A DNA stretch of 64,000 nucleotides from Paratractidigestivibacter sp. (GCA_963656095.1 CAVKHS010000004.1:4931-68930); one strand, 5' to 3'. Counted from the stretch's first letter, positions 35,001 through 44,979 are shown. The notes: generated by a model from the sequence alone, not told the origin. A program made the numbers and translations.

Positions 35001-35253
35001 ATATAAGACCTTAGGCATAGGTAAACTCATCGGCACGCCGGTAGCAGGCACGATGACGGCTGTCTGGTGGGAGACGCTGATGGACCGTAGCCTTGTCTTC
35101 GGCATTCCACAGGTCGGCTGCCGTGATATGAACGGACAGTATGGCGAGAATCATCAGCTCGATCCTGACGTGGAAGTCTACAATACCCCTGAGGACTATC
35201 TCTGTGGAGAAGACGAACAGCTCAAGAAGGCTGTAGAGACAATGATGAAATAA
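32008..35253 (+). CDS. Tricorn-like protease (beta-propeller domains + PDZ + S41 peptidase domain)
   Basis: I prefer the ATG at 32008 (MKKRPFRFFPLAFAAFFAMSAQA signal); the track start at 31927 is TTG. It has TolB-like WD40 repeats (SPDG..IAF, SPNGQRIAF, SPDGKTVAF) and a C-terminal S41-like region (...IIDERHNGGG...). Confidence 0.8.
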   Translation: MKKRPFRFFPLAFAAFFAMSAQAEDHPLWLRHCAISPDGAQIAFCYKGDIFTVPAAGGQARQLTSNAAYDGNPVWSPNGQRIAFMSNREGSMDIYVMSKDGGTPKRLTTDSGDETPVTWRDNSHVLFSAALWTEPKSIIFPSRQFPQVYEVDVNGLRPVKFSDITMEDMNFNAKGQILYHDKKGYEDTWRKHHTSPITRDIWLNDNGKFTKLTSFKGEDRNPVWNSKGDGFWYLSERDGTFNVYQRPLHGNNAKQLTYFSGNPVRFLSASNDGKLCFSQNGELYTLVPGQQPQKVEVSIVTDSNDKEVVRRTLTSGATEFCLSPSGKEIAFIDHGDVFVTSTDYKTTKQITDTPEQERNLSFSPDGRSLVYASERNGLWQIYLAKIKDAREKQFAYAGDLAEEQLVKSDRTSFMPKFSPDGKTVAFVEDRGTLKSVDVKSHTVKALMDGKNIFSYSDGDIDYQWSPDSRWIITNYIGNGGWNNADVALVPADGSQKVVDLTGSGYNDGAARWALGGKAIAFASDRAGYRSHGSWGAEQDVYLMFLDLDAYERFQMNKEEKERFDEAQKEKKKEEDKAKDKKKNKKGKKLRKKDDKDTKAKPLRFDTENCRDRIVRLTVNSSDLGDFILSPGGDTLYYEARFEDGYDLWRHEMREGKTTLVMKKVNGGDLQADSTFKSLFAISEGKIKKIDLAKSEIKDVDFEARFNDKPYQARRYLFDHIWQQVKDKFYDPKLHGVDWQGYRDNYARFLPYINNNFDFSEMVSEMLGELNASHTGCRYYPNGASLQTAELGLLYDSHYQGDGLKVAEVIKRGPFAVRNTGVTSGCIIEKIDGQRILRDSDYTSLMDGRAGKNLRVSVYNLKTGKRFDVQVRPISREAQRELLYKRWVDHNRELVDSLSRGQLAYVHVKAMDSESFRTVFSELLNDKNRNRKAAIIDERHNGGGWLHDDLCTLLSGKEYQEFIAHGKYIGRDPWNKWVKPSCVMICEDDYSNGHGFPFVYKTLGIGKLIGTPVAGTMTAVWWETLMDRSLVFGIPQVGCRDMNGQYGENHQLDPDVEVYNTPEDYLCGEDEQLKKAVETMMK

Positions 35254-35475
35254 CGGCTTTGCATCTTTCAGAGCTTACTGATTATCACGAATATAGCGGA
35301 GCTTAGCTTTGCTATATTCATGGTTTCTTTTGTTCTCATCATCAATTTGGCTTCTATTTTCTACTCATGATTCTTGTTGAACATAGGTTTGATTACAGTT
35401 GAATATATCTGTGTTTCTTATTCTGCAATATGTGTGTTTCTTGTTAAACATACGCCTGTTACTCATTATGTATAT

Positions 35476-35509
35476 AAAAAAGGTGCTCTTGCCTCACGGC
35501 AAAAGCACC
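35476..35509 (-). terminator. Rho-independent terminator after the GSIII gene
   Basis: Minus strand reads ggtgcttttgcc-gtga-ggcaagagcacc (12-bp stem, one mismatch), followed by TTTTTT. Confidence 0.7.
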
Positions 35510-35552
35510 AAGCAAACTTAAACAACCAATAAAAGAAATAGATTGTCCTTGC

Positions 35553-37742
35553 TTATCGGATGAACAGAAGCTCGCGATACTTCGGCAGGGTCCAAAGCTC
35601 GTCGGCAACTACAAGCTCCAGCTTGTCGATCTGATAACGGATCGGCTGGAACTTCGACTCCACTGTATCGTGGTAGGCGACAGCCTTCTCGCGGGCATCT
35701 TCTATCTTATTTGCGACCTTCCGGGCATTGACAAGGTCTTCTACGCCCTTCTCAATGATGGAGGTACGCTCAGCAATTTCCTTAATGATCTTCAGGTTGC
35801 GCTCACTGAGTTTCTTGCCTTCCTCGGCGCCGAAGATGGCCATCATGTTCTCCACATTCTTGGCCAACTGGCTCTGATAGTGAGTAGCTACCGGGATGAT
35901 GTGGTTCATACTCAGGTCTCCGAGTACACGAGCCTCGATCTGAAGCTTCTTGGTGTAGGTTTCCCATTTCACCTCATTACGTGCTTCGAGCTCGTTCTTC
36001 TTCATCACACCCATCGACTCAAACATCCTGATACTGGTATCGTCGAGGTAGCGGTCGAAGATTACCGGACAGCTTTTCTCTGTATCCAGTCCGCGTTTCT
36101 CAGCCTCAGCAACCCACTCGTCGCTGTAACCGTTGCCGTCGAAGTGGATAGGAGCGCAAGTTTTGATGTCAGAGCGCAGCACATCGATGATGGCAGAGAA
36201 CTTGTCCTCGCCCTTGGCAATGATGGCGTCGACACGCTTCTTGAAGTCTGTCAGAGCCTCAGCGACAGCTGTGTTCAGTACGATCATGGCGCTGGCGCAG
36301 TTAGCCTCGGAACCTACAGCACGGAACTCAAAGCGGTTGCCGGTGAAGGCAAAAGGAGAGGTACGGTTGCGGTCGGTGTTGTCGCGCATAATATCGGGAA
36401 TCTCAGGGATGTCAATCGTCACACCTTCTTTGCCCTTGATGTTGAACAGATCCTTCTTGTCAGCCTTCTCGATATGGTCAAGAATGTCGGATACCTGCTT
36501 ACCAAGGAAAGAGGAGATGATTGCTGGAGGTGCTTCGTTGGCGCCCAGACGGTGGGCGTTGGTAGCGCTCATGATAGAGGCCTTCAGCAGACCATTGTGC
36601 TTGTATACGCCCATCAGTGTCTCGACGATGAATACCATGAAGCGCAGGTTTTCCTCAGGGGTCTTGCCTGGACCGTGGAGCAACACGCCCGTGTCGGTAG
36701 AAAGGCTCCAGTTGTTATGCTTACCAGAACCGTTGATGCCGTCGAAAGGCTTTTCGTGAAGCAGTACCTGGAAGCCGTGCTTGCGGGCAACCTTCTTCAT
36801 CAAGCTCATCAGCAACATGTTGTGGTCGACAGCCAAGTTTGTCTCCTCGAAGATAGGAGCGCACTCAAACTGGTTAGGTGCAACCTCGTTGTGGCGTGTC
36901 TTGCAAGGAATGCCAAGCTCCAGAGCCTGGATTTCGAGATCCTTCATGAAAGCCTGCACACGCTCAGGAATCGTTCCGAAGTAGTGGTCGTCCATCTGCT
37001 GATCCTTAGCAGAGCTGTGACCCATCAGTGTGCGGCCGGTCAGCACGAGGTCAGGACGTGCGGCGTAGAGATCCTCGTCGACGAGGAAGTACTCCTGCTC
37101 CCATCCCAGGTTGCTGATACACTTCTTCACGTCGGGATAGAAATAATGACAAACATCGGTTGCAGCAACGTTCACAGCATGGAGAGCGCGCAGCAGAGGG
37201 GCCTTGTAGTCAAGGGCCTCACCGGTGTACGAAATGAAGATCGTCGGGATACACAGTGTGTCGTCAATGATAAACACAGGTGATGTAGGATCCCATGCTG
37301 AGTAGCCGCGTGCCTCGAAAGTAGAGCGAATACCACCGGAGGGGAAGCTGGATGCGTCAGGCTCCTGCTGAACGAGCAGCTTACCGGAGAACTCCTCAAT
37401 CATTCCGCCTTTACCGTCATGCTCGATAAAGGCATCGTGCTTTTCAGCGGTACCCTCTGTCAGAGGCTGGAACCAGTGAGTATAGTGTGTGACACCATTC
37501 TCGTCTGCCCACTGCTTCATGCCTGCTGCAACAGCGTCGGCGATGCTGCGGTCGAGCTGTGCACCGTTGTCGATGACATCGATGAGCTTGTCATACACTT
37601 TTGACGGAAGATATTTGTACATCTTCTGACGGTTGAACACTTTCTTGCCGAAGAACTCTGAAGGACGTTCTACCGGAGAGATGACCTCAACAGGCTTTCT
37701 GCGCGATGCCTCAGCGACGGCATCAAATCGTAAATTAGTCAT
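35553..37742 (-). CDS. glnN: Glutamine synthetase type III
   Basis: 729 aa from the ATG at 37742 (MTNLRFDAVAEASRRK...), the size typical of GSIII. GS catalytic motifs are present (e.g. HNEVAPNQFE, NGSGKHNNWS). The track start at 37805 is GTG. Confidence 0.92.
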   Translation of the reverse strand: MTNLRFDAVAEASRRKPVEVISPVERPSEFFGKKVFNRQKMYKYLPSKVYDKLIDVIDNGAQLDRSIADAVAAGMKQWADENGVTHYTHWFQPLTEGTAEKHDAFIEHDGKGGMIEEFSGKLLVQQEPDASSFPSGGIRSTFEARGYSAWDPTSPVFIIDDTLCIPTIFISYTGEALDYKAPLLRALHAVNVAATDVCHYFYPDVKKCISNLGWEQEYFLVDEDLYAARPDLVLTGRTLMGHSSAKDQQMDDHYFGTIPERVQAFMKDLEIQALELGIPCKTRHNEVAPNQFECAPIFEETNLAVDHNMLLMSLMKKVARKHGFQVLLHEKPFDGINGSGKHNNWSLSTDTGVLLHGPGKTPEENLRFMVFIVETLMGVYKHNGLLKASIMSATNAHRLGANEAPPAIISSFLGKQVSDILDHIEKADKKDLFNIKGKEGVTIDIPEIPDIMRDNTDRNRTSPFAFTGNRFEFRAVGSEANCASAMIVLNTAVAEALTDFKKRVDAIIAKGEDKFSAIIDVLRSDIKTCAPIHFDGNGYSDEWVAEAEKRGLDTEKSCPVIFDRYLDDTSIRMFESMGVMKKNELEARNEVKWETYTKKLQIEARVLGDLSMNHIIPVATHYQSQLAKNVENMMAIFGAEEGKKLSERNLKIIKEIAERTSIIEKGVEDLVNARKVANKIEDAREKAVAYHDTVESKFQPIRYQIDKLELVVADELWTLPKYRELLFIR

Positions 37743-37855
37743 ATTTCTTAATGTTGATGTTAAAGTTCTTGTATAGTGGTGGTGCCTCGTTGAGGAGATC
37801 ACCACATTGAATTTTTGCTTTTACTATACAGGTTGTTCCTGTAAATGGTTGAGAG

Positions 37856-38563
37856 TTATGGATGCAGTGTGAAGCCGCAAACGAAGTAAGCCTTCTGTGT
37901 GCTGGGGTTGGCATATATGCCTGCGAAGACCGGGACAGAGAAGGAGTTGGTGATCTCGATGTCCTTGCTGGCTTTCAATCCCAGGTTGGTGACTGCAAAA
38001 CCGTCGGCTTTGGCGTAGAACGAAGTACGGTAAGGTACGGCACCTACTGTCGCTGTCCACTCGAGAGAAGCCAATTTGAAGGGTGCGGCCAACTCTACAT
38101 AGGACGAATAGGCTCTGTCGTCGTCTTTGTTCACTCCGTCGTTTCCTGCGAAGTTGGTATACCAGTTGACAGCCAACGGGCCAAAGTCATAACCGATGTT
38201 TCCTTCAAACACATGGCTCGTCTCGTGAGCCTTGTATGCGAAGTACTTGTCGTTGGGTGAGTTGAACCAGTAGTCTGTCACACCGATGTGGAAACCTCCT
38301 ACCGTGTATGCAGCCGTGAGGTCGAACTCCTTGGTGTCGTCCTTGTCAGACAACCCCACGTTGCCCCATGCGGATAGAGAAAAACCTTTGTAAGCTACGC
38401 CCAGTGTCGGCTGGATACTCACGTCGCCTAAGTCTTGTCCACGCCAGATGTACTGGTTGACAACATCGGTACTGATCGTACCTTCTACTTTGTCCTGAGC
38501 CTTTGCTGTGAGCGCTGTCATGGCAATGGCAGCCAAATACATCATTCTTCTTACCTTTTTCAT
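37856..38563 (-). CDS. Outer-membrane beta-barrel protein (TorF/TIGR02001-like putative porin)
   Basis: Signal peptide MKKVRRMMYLAAIAMTALTAKAQ, an alternating beta-strand pattern, and the NQYIWRGQDLG motif typical of that family; 235 aa. Confidence 0.6.
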   Translation of the reverse strand: MKKVRRMMYLAAIAMTALTAKAQDKVEGTISTDVVNQYIWRGQDLGDVSIQPTLGVAYKGFSLSAWGNVGLSDKDDTKEFDLTAAYTVGGFHIGVTDYWFNSPNDKYFAYKAHETSHVFEGNIGYDFGPLAVNWYTNFAGNDGVNKDDDRAYSSYVELAAPFKLASLEWTATVGAVPYRTSFYAKADGFAVTNLGLKASKDIEITNSFSVPVFAGIYANPSTQKAYFVCGFTLHP

Positions 38564-38745
38564 AACGACTTATTCTTAATTGTTCATATTTTGGCAGTAC
38601 GATCCTGAAAGACAGTCTGCCGTTTTCTCTCACTTGCGTTTCTCTCTGTTTTCTCTTTAAGACCGATGTCTTTCGACATGTGGGTCTCTCTGCATTTGTA
38701 GTTTCTCGCTGCTTCTCGCGGCTACTGCTGCATTCCGGATATATC

Positions 38746-39984
38746 TTACTTCTTCAGTGACCACTCAGCAATGCGACGCATAGCCTCGCGTACGTCTTCG
38801 CGGTTGCCGAAGGAAGTCAAGCGGAAATAGCCTTCACCACTTGGACCGAAGCCCACACCCGGTGTACAGACAACGCCGCATCCGTAGAGGAGCTGCTCGA
38901 AGAACTTCCAGCTGTCCATGCCATCGGGTGTCTTGACCCACAGGTAAGGAGCGTTGACACCGCCATAGACTTTATAGCTGAGCTTGCTAAGCGTCTCGCG
39001 CATGATCTTCGCGTTCTCCATGTAGTAGTCTATGGTCTCTTGGATCTGTTTCTTGCCCTCTGGTGTGTAGATGGCCTCGGCGGCGCGCTGGCTGATATAG
39101 CTTGTTCCGTTGAACTTTGTGCTCTGTCGGCGATCCCATAACTGGTTGAGATTGACGCGCTGTTTGCCATCAACGGTCACGGCTGTCAACTCTTTCGGGA
39201 TGATGGTGTAACCGCAACGCACGCCCGTGAAGCCTGCTGTCTTACTGTAGCTGTGGAATTCTATCGCACATTTGCGTGCGCCCTTGATCTCATAGATGGA
39301 GTGTGGAATCTCCGGATCAGTGATATATGCTTCATAAGCGGCATCGTAGAAGAGGATGGAATCGTTGCGTAGTGCAAAGTTCACCCATTTGCGAAGTTTC
39401 TCTTTCGGAAGCACCGTACCTGTCGGGTTGTTGGGGTAGCACAGGTAGATCATATCTACGTGGCGGTCAGGAATCTGTGGCACGAAGTCGTTTTCTGCCG
39501 TACATGGGAAATAGGTGACGTCAGTCCATTTGCCATTTTCAAAGACACCTGCGCGTCCGATCATCGCATTGGAGTCGACATATACGGGATAGATAGGATC
39601 CGTCACGCCGATGTTGTTGTCCCAGCGCAGGATTTCCTGGATGTTTCCGGTGTCGCTTTTTGCGCCGTCGTTGACGAAGATCTCGTTGAGATCGATGTGG
39701 ATACCTCTTGGCAGGAAATCGTTTTTCTGAATAGCCTCGCGCAGGAAGTCGTAACCTCTCTCCGGTCCGTAGCCACGGAAAGTAGCCTTGTTGGCCATTT
39801 CCTCCACCGCTTTGTGCATGGCTTCGATGACCACCGGAGCCAAAGGACGCGTCACGTCGCCAATACCCAGACTGATCACCTTGACCTTAGGATGCGACAC
39901 CTTGAAGGCGTTGACCCTTTTAGCTATGTCGGCAAACAAGTAGTTGCCGGGTAACTTCAGGAAGTGTTCGTTTACTAATGCCAT
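38746..39984 (-). CDS. dapL: LL-diaminopimelate aminotransferase
   Basis: MALVNEHFLKLPGNYLFADIAKRVNAFK... N-terminus, a PLP lysine region (SYSKTAGFTGVRCGY), 412 aa, and adjacency to dapF. Confidence 0.9.
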   Translation of the reverse strand: MALVNEHFLKLPGNYLFADIAKRVNAFKVSHPKVKVISLGIGDVTRPLAPVVIEAMHKAVEEMANKATFRGYGPERGYDFLREAIQKNDFLPRGIHIDLNEIFVNDGAKSDTGNIQEILRWDNNIGVTDPIYPVYVDSNAMIGRAGVFENGKWTDVTYFPCTAENDFVPQIPDRHVDMIYLCYPNNPTGTVLPKEKLRKWVNFALRNDSILFYDAAYEAYITDPEIPHSIYEIKGARKCAIEFHSYSKTAGFTGVRCGYTIIPKELTAVTVDGKQRVNLNQLWDRRQSTKFNGTSYISQRAAEAIYTPEGKKQIQETIDYYMENAKIMRETLSKLSYKVYGGVNAPYLWVKTPDGMDSWKFFEQLLYGCGVVCTPGVGFGPSGEGYFRLTSFGNREDVREAMRRIAEWSLKK

Positions 39985-40077
39985 ATACTTAAATTCCTTT
40001 TATGTTGTGTGTTAAGTTTGTTACTATCGTTTTCTATGCCTCTTTGGGGAGTTTTCAGTGCCTCTCTCAGTGTCAGT

Positions 40078-40962
40078 CTATTTCTCTTCCGGCAAATCTA
40101 TCTCTCCCTCAAAGGCGAAGGCTGCCGGGCCGGTCATATATACATGGTTGTCGTTGGGATTCCATGTGATGTCGAGATCGCCGCCGTCCATGGCGATGAT
40201 AGAGTGTCTGCCGCTGACACCGAGCTTTGCGGCGGCTACGGCTGTGGCACATGCTCCTGTGCCACAAGCCATCGTGATGCCGCTGCCCCGCTCCCAAACA
40301 CGGGTGCGAAGCTTGCCTTGACCCACCAACTGCGCAAACTCTATGTTACATCGCTGTGGGAAGGCCTTCTCTCTCTCCAATATCTTTCCTAACATTGTGA
40401 TATCCATGTTCTCTACATCGTCCACGAAGATGACGTAATGTGGGTTGCCCATGCTTACGAAGAGGCTTTTGAACTCTCCTTCTTCCGTACGTAGGATGTG
40501 GTCAGCCAAGGCCTTGATGCTGTTCAGCTCCTCAGGTGTGTGCCCTGTATATTGCTCTTTGACATCAAAGGCAGGCTCTAACATATCTACTGTGACGCTC
40601 TCCACTTTACCTGCTTCCAGGTGCAGGCTGAGGACCTTCACGCCGGAGAGGGTCTCCAATCTGATCTTGGTCTTACCGGTGATACCTTTCTCATATAGAT
40701 ACTTGGCGATGCACCGGCTGGCATTGCCGCACATCATTGCTTCAGAACCATCGGCATTGAAGATACGCATCGAATAGTCGGCTTTCTCCTCATCCTTCGA
40801 TTTGCCAATAAGCACCAGTCCGTCGCTGCCAATGCCTGTGTGCGGCTTGCTCCAAGCAATGGATGCTGCGCTCGGATCGGGGATATTATATAATAAGGTG
40901 TTGACGTAAATATAGTCATTACCAGCCCCGTGCATCTTGGTGAAGTGAATGGTCTTTGACAT
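40078..40962 (-). CDS. dapF: Diaminopimelate epimerase
   Basis: [14 protein letters not shown], and the two catalytic Cys regions MCGNASRC and ACGTGACA. Confidence 0.93.
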   Translation of the reverse strand: MSKTIHFTKMHGAGNDYIYVNTLLYNIPDPSAASIAWSKPHTGIGSDGLVLIGKSKDEEKADYSMRIFNADGSEAMMCGNASRCIAKYLYEKGITGKTKIRLETLSGVKVLSLHLEAGKVESVTVDMLEPAFDVKEQYTGHTPEELNSIKALADHILRTEEGEFKSLFVSMGNPHYVIFVDDVENMDITMLGKILEREKAFPQRCNIEFAQLVGQGKLRTRVWERGSGITMACGTGACATAVAAAKLGVSGRHSIIAMDGGDLDITWNPNDNHVYMTGPAAFAFEGEIDLPEEK

Positions 40963-41012
40963 AATGAAGCAATTTATTTCTTATTGATTGACTTAATGTT
41001 TTGAATACGCTG

Positions 41013-41020
41013 CAAAGTTA
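41013..41020 (-). promoter_or_regulatory. Candidate -7 promoter box for dapF-dapL
   Basis: Minus strand reads TAACTTTG, 51 nt upstream of the dapF ATG. Confidence 0.45.
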
Positions 41021-41221
41021 ATACAAAAAGATAGAACTGCAAAGAGTTGCACGACATTTTTTAGAAACTTTTTCTATAAAAGTATTGAATTGTAATGTCT
41101 GAAGCTGAAAATCATTGCAATTTATCAATGAAACCACTATTTTATAGAGCATTTTGCAAGCAATTAAAAAACAATGATAACAAAAAGTGAATTATCGATT
41201 GTCTATATAAACAAAATGTAT

Positions 41222-41229
41222 TAACTTTG
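41222..41229 (+). promoter_or_regulatory. Candidate -7 promoter box for glnK-amt-asnB
   Basis: TAACTTTG, 60 nt upstream of the ATG at 41289. Confidence 0.45.
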
Positions 41230-41288
41230 CAGTCGAAAGATTACAATACGTAAGCAACCGTAAGTTTAACCATAAAGAAAGGTAAGTT

Positions 41289-41645
41289 ATGAAGAAGATT
41301 GAAGCGATCATCCGTAAGACTAAATTTGAGGATGTAAAGGAAGCATTGCTTGCTGCTGACATCGAATGGTTCTCCTATTACGATGTCCGTGGTGAGGGCA
41401 AGATGCGCCAGGCTCGAATCTATCGTGGCGTGATGTACGATACGAGCAGCATCGAGCGTGTGTTAATGAATATTGTCGTGCGTGACAAAAACGTCGACAA
41501 GACGGTGAAGGCCATCACGAACGCCGCGCGCACAGGTGAGATCGGTGATGGACGTATCTTCATCATTCCGGTTGAGGACACTATCCGCATCCGCACCGGC
41601 GAGCGTGGAGACATTGCCCTGTACAACGCAGAGCAGGAGAAGTAA
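41289..41645 (+). CDS. glnK: Nitrogen regulatory protein P-II
   Basis: MKKIEAIIRKTKFEDVKEAL...GDGRIFIIPVEDTIRIRTGERG; 118 aa. It lies immediately upstream of amt. Confidence 0.9.
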   Translation: MKKIEAIIRKTKFEDVKEALLAADIEWFSYYDVRGEGKMRQARIYRGVMYDTSSIERVLMNIVVRDKNVDKTVKAITNAARTGEIGDGRIFIIPVEDTIRIRTGERGDIALYNAEQEK

Positions 41646-41740
41646 CGCTTCTGCACGCTTTCTTTCCTAAATATAAAGAAGGTGGATGAAATAGAGAGAA
41701 CATAGAAACACAATGAGGGTAACAAAAAATCAATCGTATT

Positions 41741-43009
41741 ATGACAGTTCAAGATTTAAGTATTTCTATAGATACCGTATGGATGCTGCTTGCAGCCATG
41801 CTCGTATTCTTCATGCAACCAGGTTTCGCCTATTGTGAGGCGGGTTTCACCCGGCGTAAAAACACCACAAACATCCTGTTTAAGAACTTCGTCGACTTCA
41901 TGCTGGGCTCTGTGCTCTTCTGGTTTGTCGGTTTCGGCTTCATGTTCGGTTCTGATGGCCAGGGCTTCATCGGCATGCCCAACTTCGGCGATCTCTCTTT
42001 CTACCACAATGCCAACGGTCTGCCTACAGAGGGCTTCCTGATGTTTGAGACCGTCTTCTGTGCCACATCAGCCACGATCGTTTCCGGTGCTATGGCTGAG
42101 CGGACAAAGTTCAATATGTATGTTGTCTATTCGCTCTTCATTTCTTTGATCATCTATCCTGTTGAGGGGCACTGGACCTGGGGCGGCGGCTGGCTTTGCA
42201 ACGCTGCTGACGGCAGTTTCATGATGAACACCTTCGGTCATGCATTCCATGACTTTGCCGGTTCCACTGTTGTGCACTCTGTCGGTGGTGTGCTGGCTCT
42301 GGTAGGTGCCATCTTCCTTGGTCCCCGTTTGGGTAAGTATCGCAAGGATGGCAAGAGCAACGCTATTCCGGGTCACAGCCTGACGTTGGCTTCTCTCGGT
42401 GTGTTCATCCTCTGGTTTGGATGGTTCGGTTTCAACCCAGGTTCTCAGCTTGCAGCAAGTGGTCAGGTCAACCGTGAGGCTATCAGCCATGTATTCCTGA
42501 CAACCAACATGGCAGCCGCTTGTGGCGGTCTGGCTACCATGTTCCTCACTTGGGTCAAGTATGGCAAGCCTTCCTTCTCATTGACACTGAACGGTATTCT
42601 TGCCGGTTTGGTAGGTATCACAGCTGGTTGCGACTGTGTGTCAGTGGTTGGCTCTATCATTATCGGTATCTGTTGCGGTATCGCACTGCCGTTTGCTGTT
42701 GAGTTCATTGATCAGAAACTTCATATCGACGACCCAGTCGGTGCCAGCTCAGTGCACTGGGTGAACGGTGTCCTCGGTACTTTGTTGACCGGTCTGTTCT
42801 CCACCAGTGAAGGCGCTTTCTATGGCCACGGCTTCGGCTTCTTAGGTGCAGAGGCCTTCGGCGTACTCTGTGTAGATGCTTGGGCTGCCGCCTGCGGTAT
42901 CGTACTCTTCTGGACCATCAAGCACACTGTCGGACTCCGTGTTGACAAGCGCGTGGAGGAAGAAGGACTTGACATCTACGAGCACGGAGAATCAGCATTT
43001 AATCTCTAA
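41741..43009 (+). CDS. amt: Ammonium transporter
   Basis: Amt/MEP signatures (DFAGSTVVHSVGG, GWFGFNPGS, VHWVNGVLGTLLTG); 422 aa. Confidence 0.94.
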   Translation: MTVQDLSISIDTVWMLLAAMLVFFMQPGFAYCEAGFTRRKNTTNILFKNFVDFMLGSVLFWFVGFGFMFGSDGQGFIGMPNFGDLSFYHNANGLPTEGFLMFETVFCATSATIVSGAMAERTKFNMYVVYSLFISLIIYPVEGHWTWGGGWLCNAADGSFMMNTFGHAFHDFAGSTVVHSVGGVLALVGAIFLGPRLGKYRKDGKSNAIPGHSLTLASLGVFILWFGWFGFNPGSQLAASGQVNREAISHVFLTTNMAAACGGLATMFLTWVKYGKPSFSLTLNGILAGLVGITAGCDCVSVVGSIIIGICCGIALPFAVEFIDQKLHIDDPVGASSVHWVNGVLGTLLTGLFSTSEGAFYGHGFGFLGAEAFGVLCVDAWAAACGIVLFWTIKHTVGLRVDKRVEEEGLDIYEHGESAFNL

Positions 43010-43106
43010 TTGGAAAACACACCTCCCAGGGGCATCAGCACTTCGGTGACTCTTGCTCTTGGGAGTTTCAACGTATACATTCACAAACTTAACAGCTTTT
43101 ACAACC

Positions 43107-44828
43107 ATGTGTGGAATAGTAGGAATTTTCAACATTCAGGAGCAGACTCCTGATTTACGCCAGAAGGCGTTGCGTATGAGTCAGAAGATCCGCCATCGTG
43201 GACCCGACTGGAGTGGTATCTACACCGGCGCCTCAGCCATCCTCTGTCATGAGCGACTGAGCATTGTAGACCCGGAGAGCGGCAAGCAGCCGCTGTTCTC
43301 GCCCGACAAGAAGGAGGTTCTCGCCGTGAACGGAGAGATCTACAACCATCTCGACATCCGTGCATCCTTCCCTGACTATGCTTTTCAGACGGGTAGCGAC
43401 TGCGAGGTGATCCTGGCCCTGTACCGTCAGTGGAAGGAGAAAGCACGCTCGCTGACATCTGGCGAGGCTTTGCATGCTTCCATCGTCAGCATGATAGAGA
43501 AGCTCAGTGGCATCTTTGCCTTTGCCCTCTATGATGCCGAGGATGGCTCGTTCCTCGTAGCCCGTGATCCGATCGGCGTGATACCTCTTTATATAGGTTA
43601 TGATTCCGACGGCAAAGTGTATGTTGCCAGTGAGCTGAAGGCCTTGGAGGGACAGTGCGATCATTACGAGCCCTTTCTGCCCGGTCACTACTATTGGAGC
43701 AAAGACCCGGGCATGAAACGCTATTATCACCGCTATTGGATGGATGGGAAGACACGCCAGCAGAGCGCTCTGTCCTATGGTCAGGCCGTTGAGGAGATCC
43801 GTCAGGGACTGATGTCTGCCGTGAAGCGTCAGTTGATGAGCGACGTGCCTTACGGTGTGCTGCTCTCCGGCGGACTGGACTCTTCTGTGATCTCTGCCAT
43901 TTCCGAGCGTTTCTCTTCCACACGTGTTGAGGAGGGCGGTGAGACCCGTGCCTATTGGCCCCGCCTCCACAGCTTTGCTGTCGGCTTGAAAGGTGCGCCG
44001 GACTTGGCCAAAGCAAAACTTGTCGCTGACTATATCGGCACCGTTCACCACGAGATCAACTACACCATTCAGGAAGGTCTTGACGCCATCCGTGACGTGA
44101 TCTACTTTATCGAAACCTATGATGTGACCACCGTGCGTGCTTCTACGCCGATGTATCTCCTGGCCCGTGTCATCAAGTCGATGGGTATCAAGATGGTGCT
44201 TTCGGGTGAGGGTGCCGACGAGATCTTCGGCGGTTATCTCTATTTCCACAAGTGTCCGTCACCGGAGGAGTTCCACAAGGAGACCGTGCGCAAACTTTCC
44301 AAGCTCTATCAGTACGACTGTCTGCGTGCCAACAAGAGCCTGGCTGCGTGGGGTGTCGAGGGTCGTGTGCCTTTCCTCGACAGGGAGTTCCTGGATGTCG
44401 CCATGACGATTGATCCGAGCTACAAGATGTGTCCGGGCAAGACGATCGAGAAGAAGGTAGTGCGCGACGCGTTCACCGACATGCTCCCCGAGGAAGTGGC
44501 TTGGCGCCAGAAAGAGCAGTTCTCCGATGGTGTAGGCTACAGTTGGATCGACACATTGAAGCAGATCACCGCTTCTGCCGTCAGCGACGAGCAGATGGCG
44601 CACGCTGCCGAGCGCTTCCCGATCAATCCGCCGCGCAACAAAGAGGAGTATTACTATCGCTCCATCTTTGCCGAGCACTTCCCCAGCGACTCTGCCGCTC
44701 GCTCAGTGCCCAGCGTGCCGAGTGTCGCCTGTTCCACTGCTGAAGCCCTCGCTTGGGACGAGTCATTCAAAAACATGAATGAGCCCAGCGGTCGGGCCGT
44801 CAAAGATGTACATGAGGACGTTGAGTAA
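43107..44828 (+). CDS. asnB: Asparagine synthase B (glutamine-hydrolysing)
   Basis: The ATG at 43107 gives the obligatory MCGIVG N-terminal nucleophile; the track start at 43053 is TTG. It also has the PP-loop LLSGGLDSS. Confidence 0.93.
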   Translation: MCGIVGIFNIQEQTPDLRQKALRMSQKIRHRGPDWSGIYTGASAILCHERLSIVDPESGKQPLFSPDKKEVLAVNGEIYNHLDIRASFPDYAFQTGSDCEVILALYRQWKEKARSLTSGEALHASIVSMIEKLSGIFAFALYDAEDGSFLVARDPIGVIPLYIGYDSDGKVYVASELKALEGQCDHYEPFLPGHYYWSKDPGMKRYYHRYWMDGKTRQQSALSYGQAVEEIRQGLMSAVKRQLMSDVPYGVLLSGGLDSSVISAISERFSSTRVEEGGETRAYWPRLHSFAVGLKGAPDLAKAKLVADYIGTVHHEINYTIQEGLDAIRDVIYFIETYDVTTVRASTPMYLLARVIKSMGIKMVLSGEGADEIFGGYLYFHKCPSPEEFHKETVRKLSKLYQYDCLRANKSLAAWGVEGRVPFLDREFLDVAMTIDPSYKMCPGKTIEKKVVRDAFTDMLPEEVAWRQKEQFSDGVGYSWIDTLKQITASAVSDEQMAHAAERFPINPPRNKEEYYYRSIFAEHFPSDSAARSVPSVPSVACSTAEALAWDESFKNMNEPSGRAVKDVHEDVE

Positions 44829-44894
44829 TCGTTGTTGTATAGTTGCAGGTATATTTCCTTCAATAGTAAGATTCGTTTTCAAGGATACATACGT

Positions 44895-44929
44895 AAAAGA
44901 GGCTGCATCCGTTAGGCTGCAGCCTCTTT
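44895..44929. terminator. Bidirectional hairpin terminator between asnB and the convergent CCA-enzyme gene
   Basis: aaaagaggctgca-loop-tgcagcctctttt forms an 11-bp stem flanked by an A-run and a T-run. Confidence 0.65.
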
Positions 44930-44979
44930 CTTATGGTCTATAGCCATGAGCAAGCTTTACCCAGCTTTGCTTAGTCTTC

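Noticed and set aside
35670-37283. 537-aa ORF antisense to the GSIII gene
   Set aside because: It mirrors a very well supported gene frame. The translation is rich in V/L/D/H/G runs with no recognisable motif, and it has no promoter box or sensible start context. This is the typical codon-bias shadow ORF.
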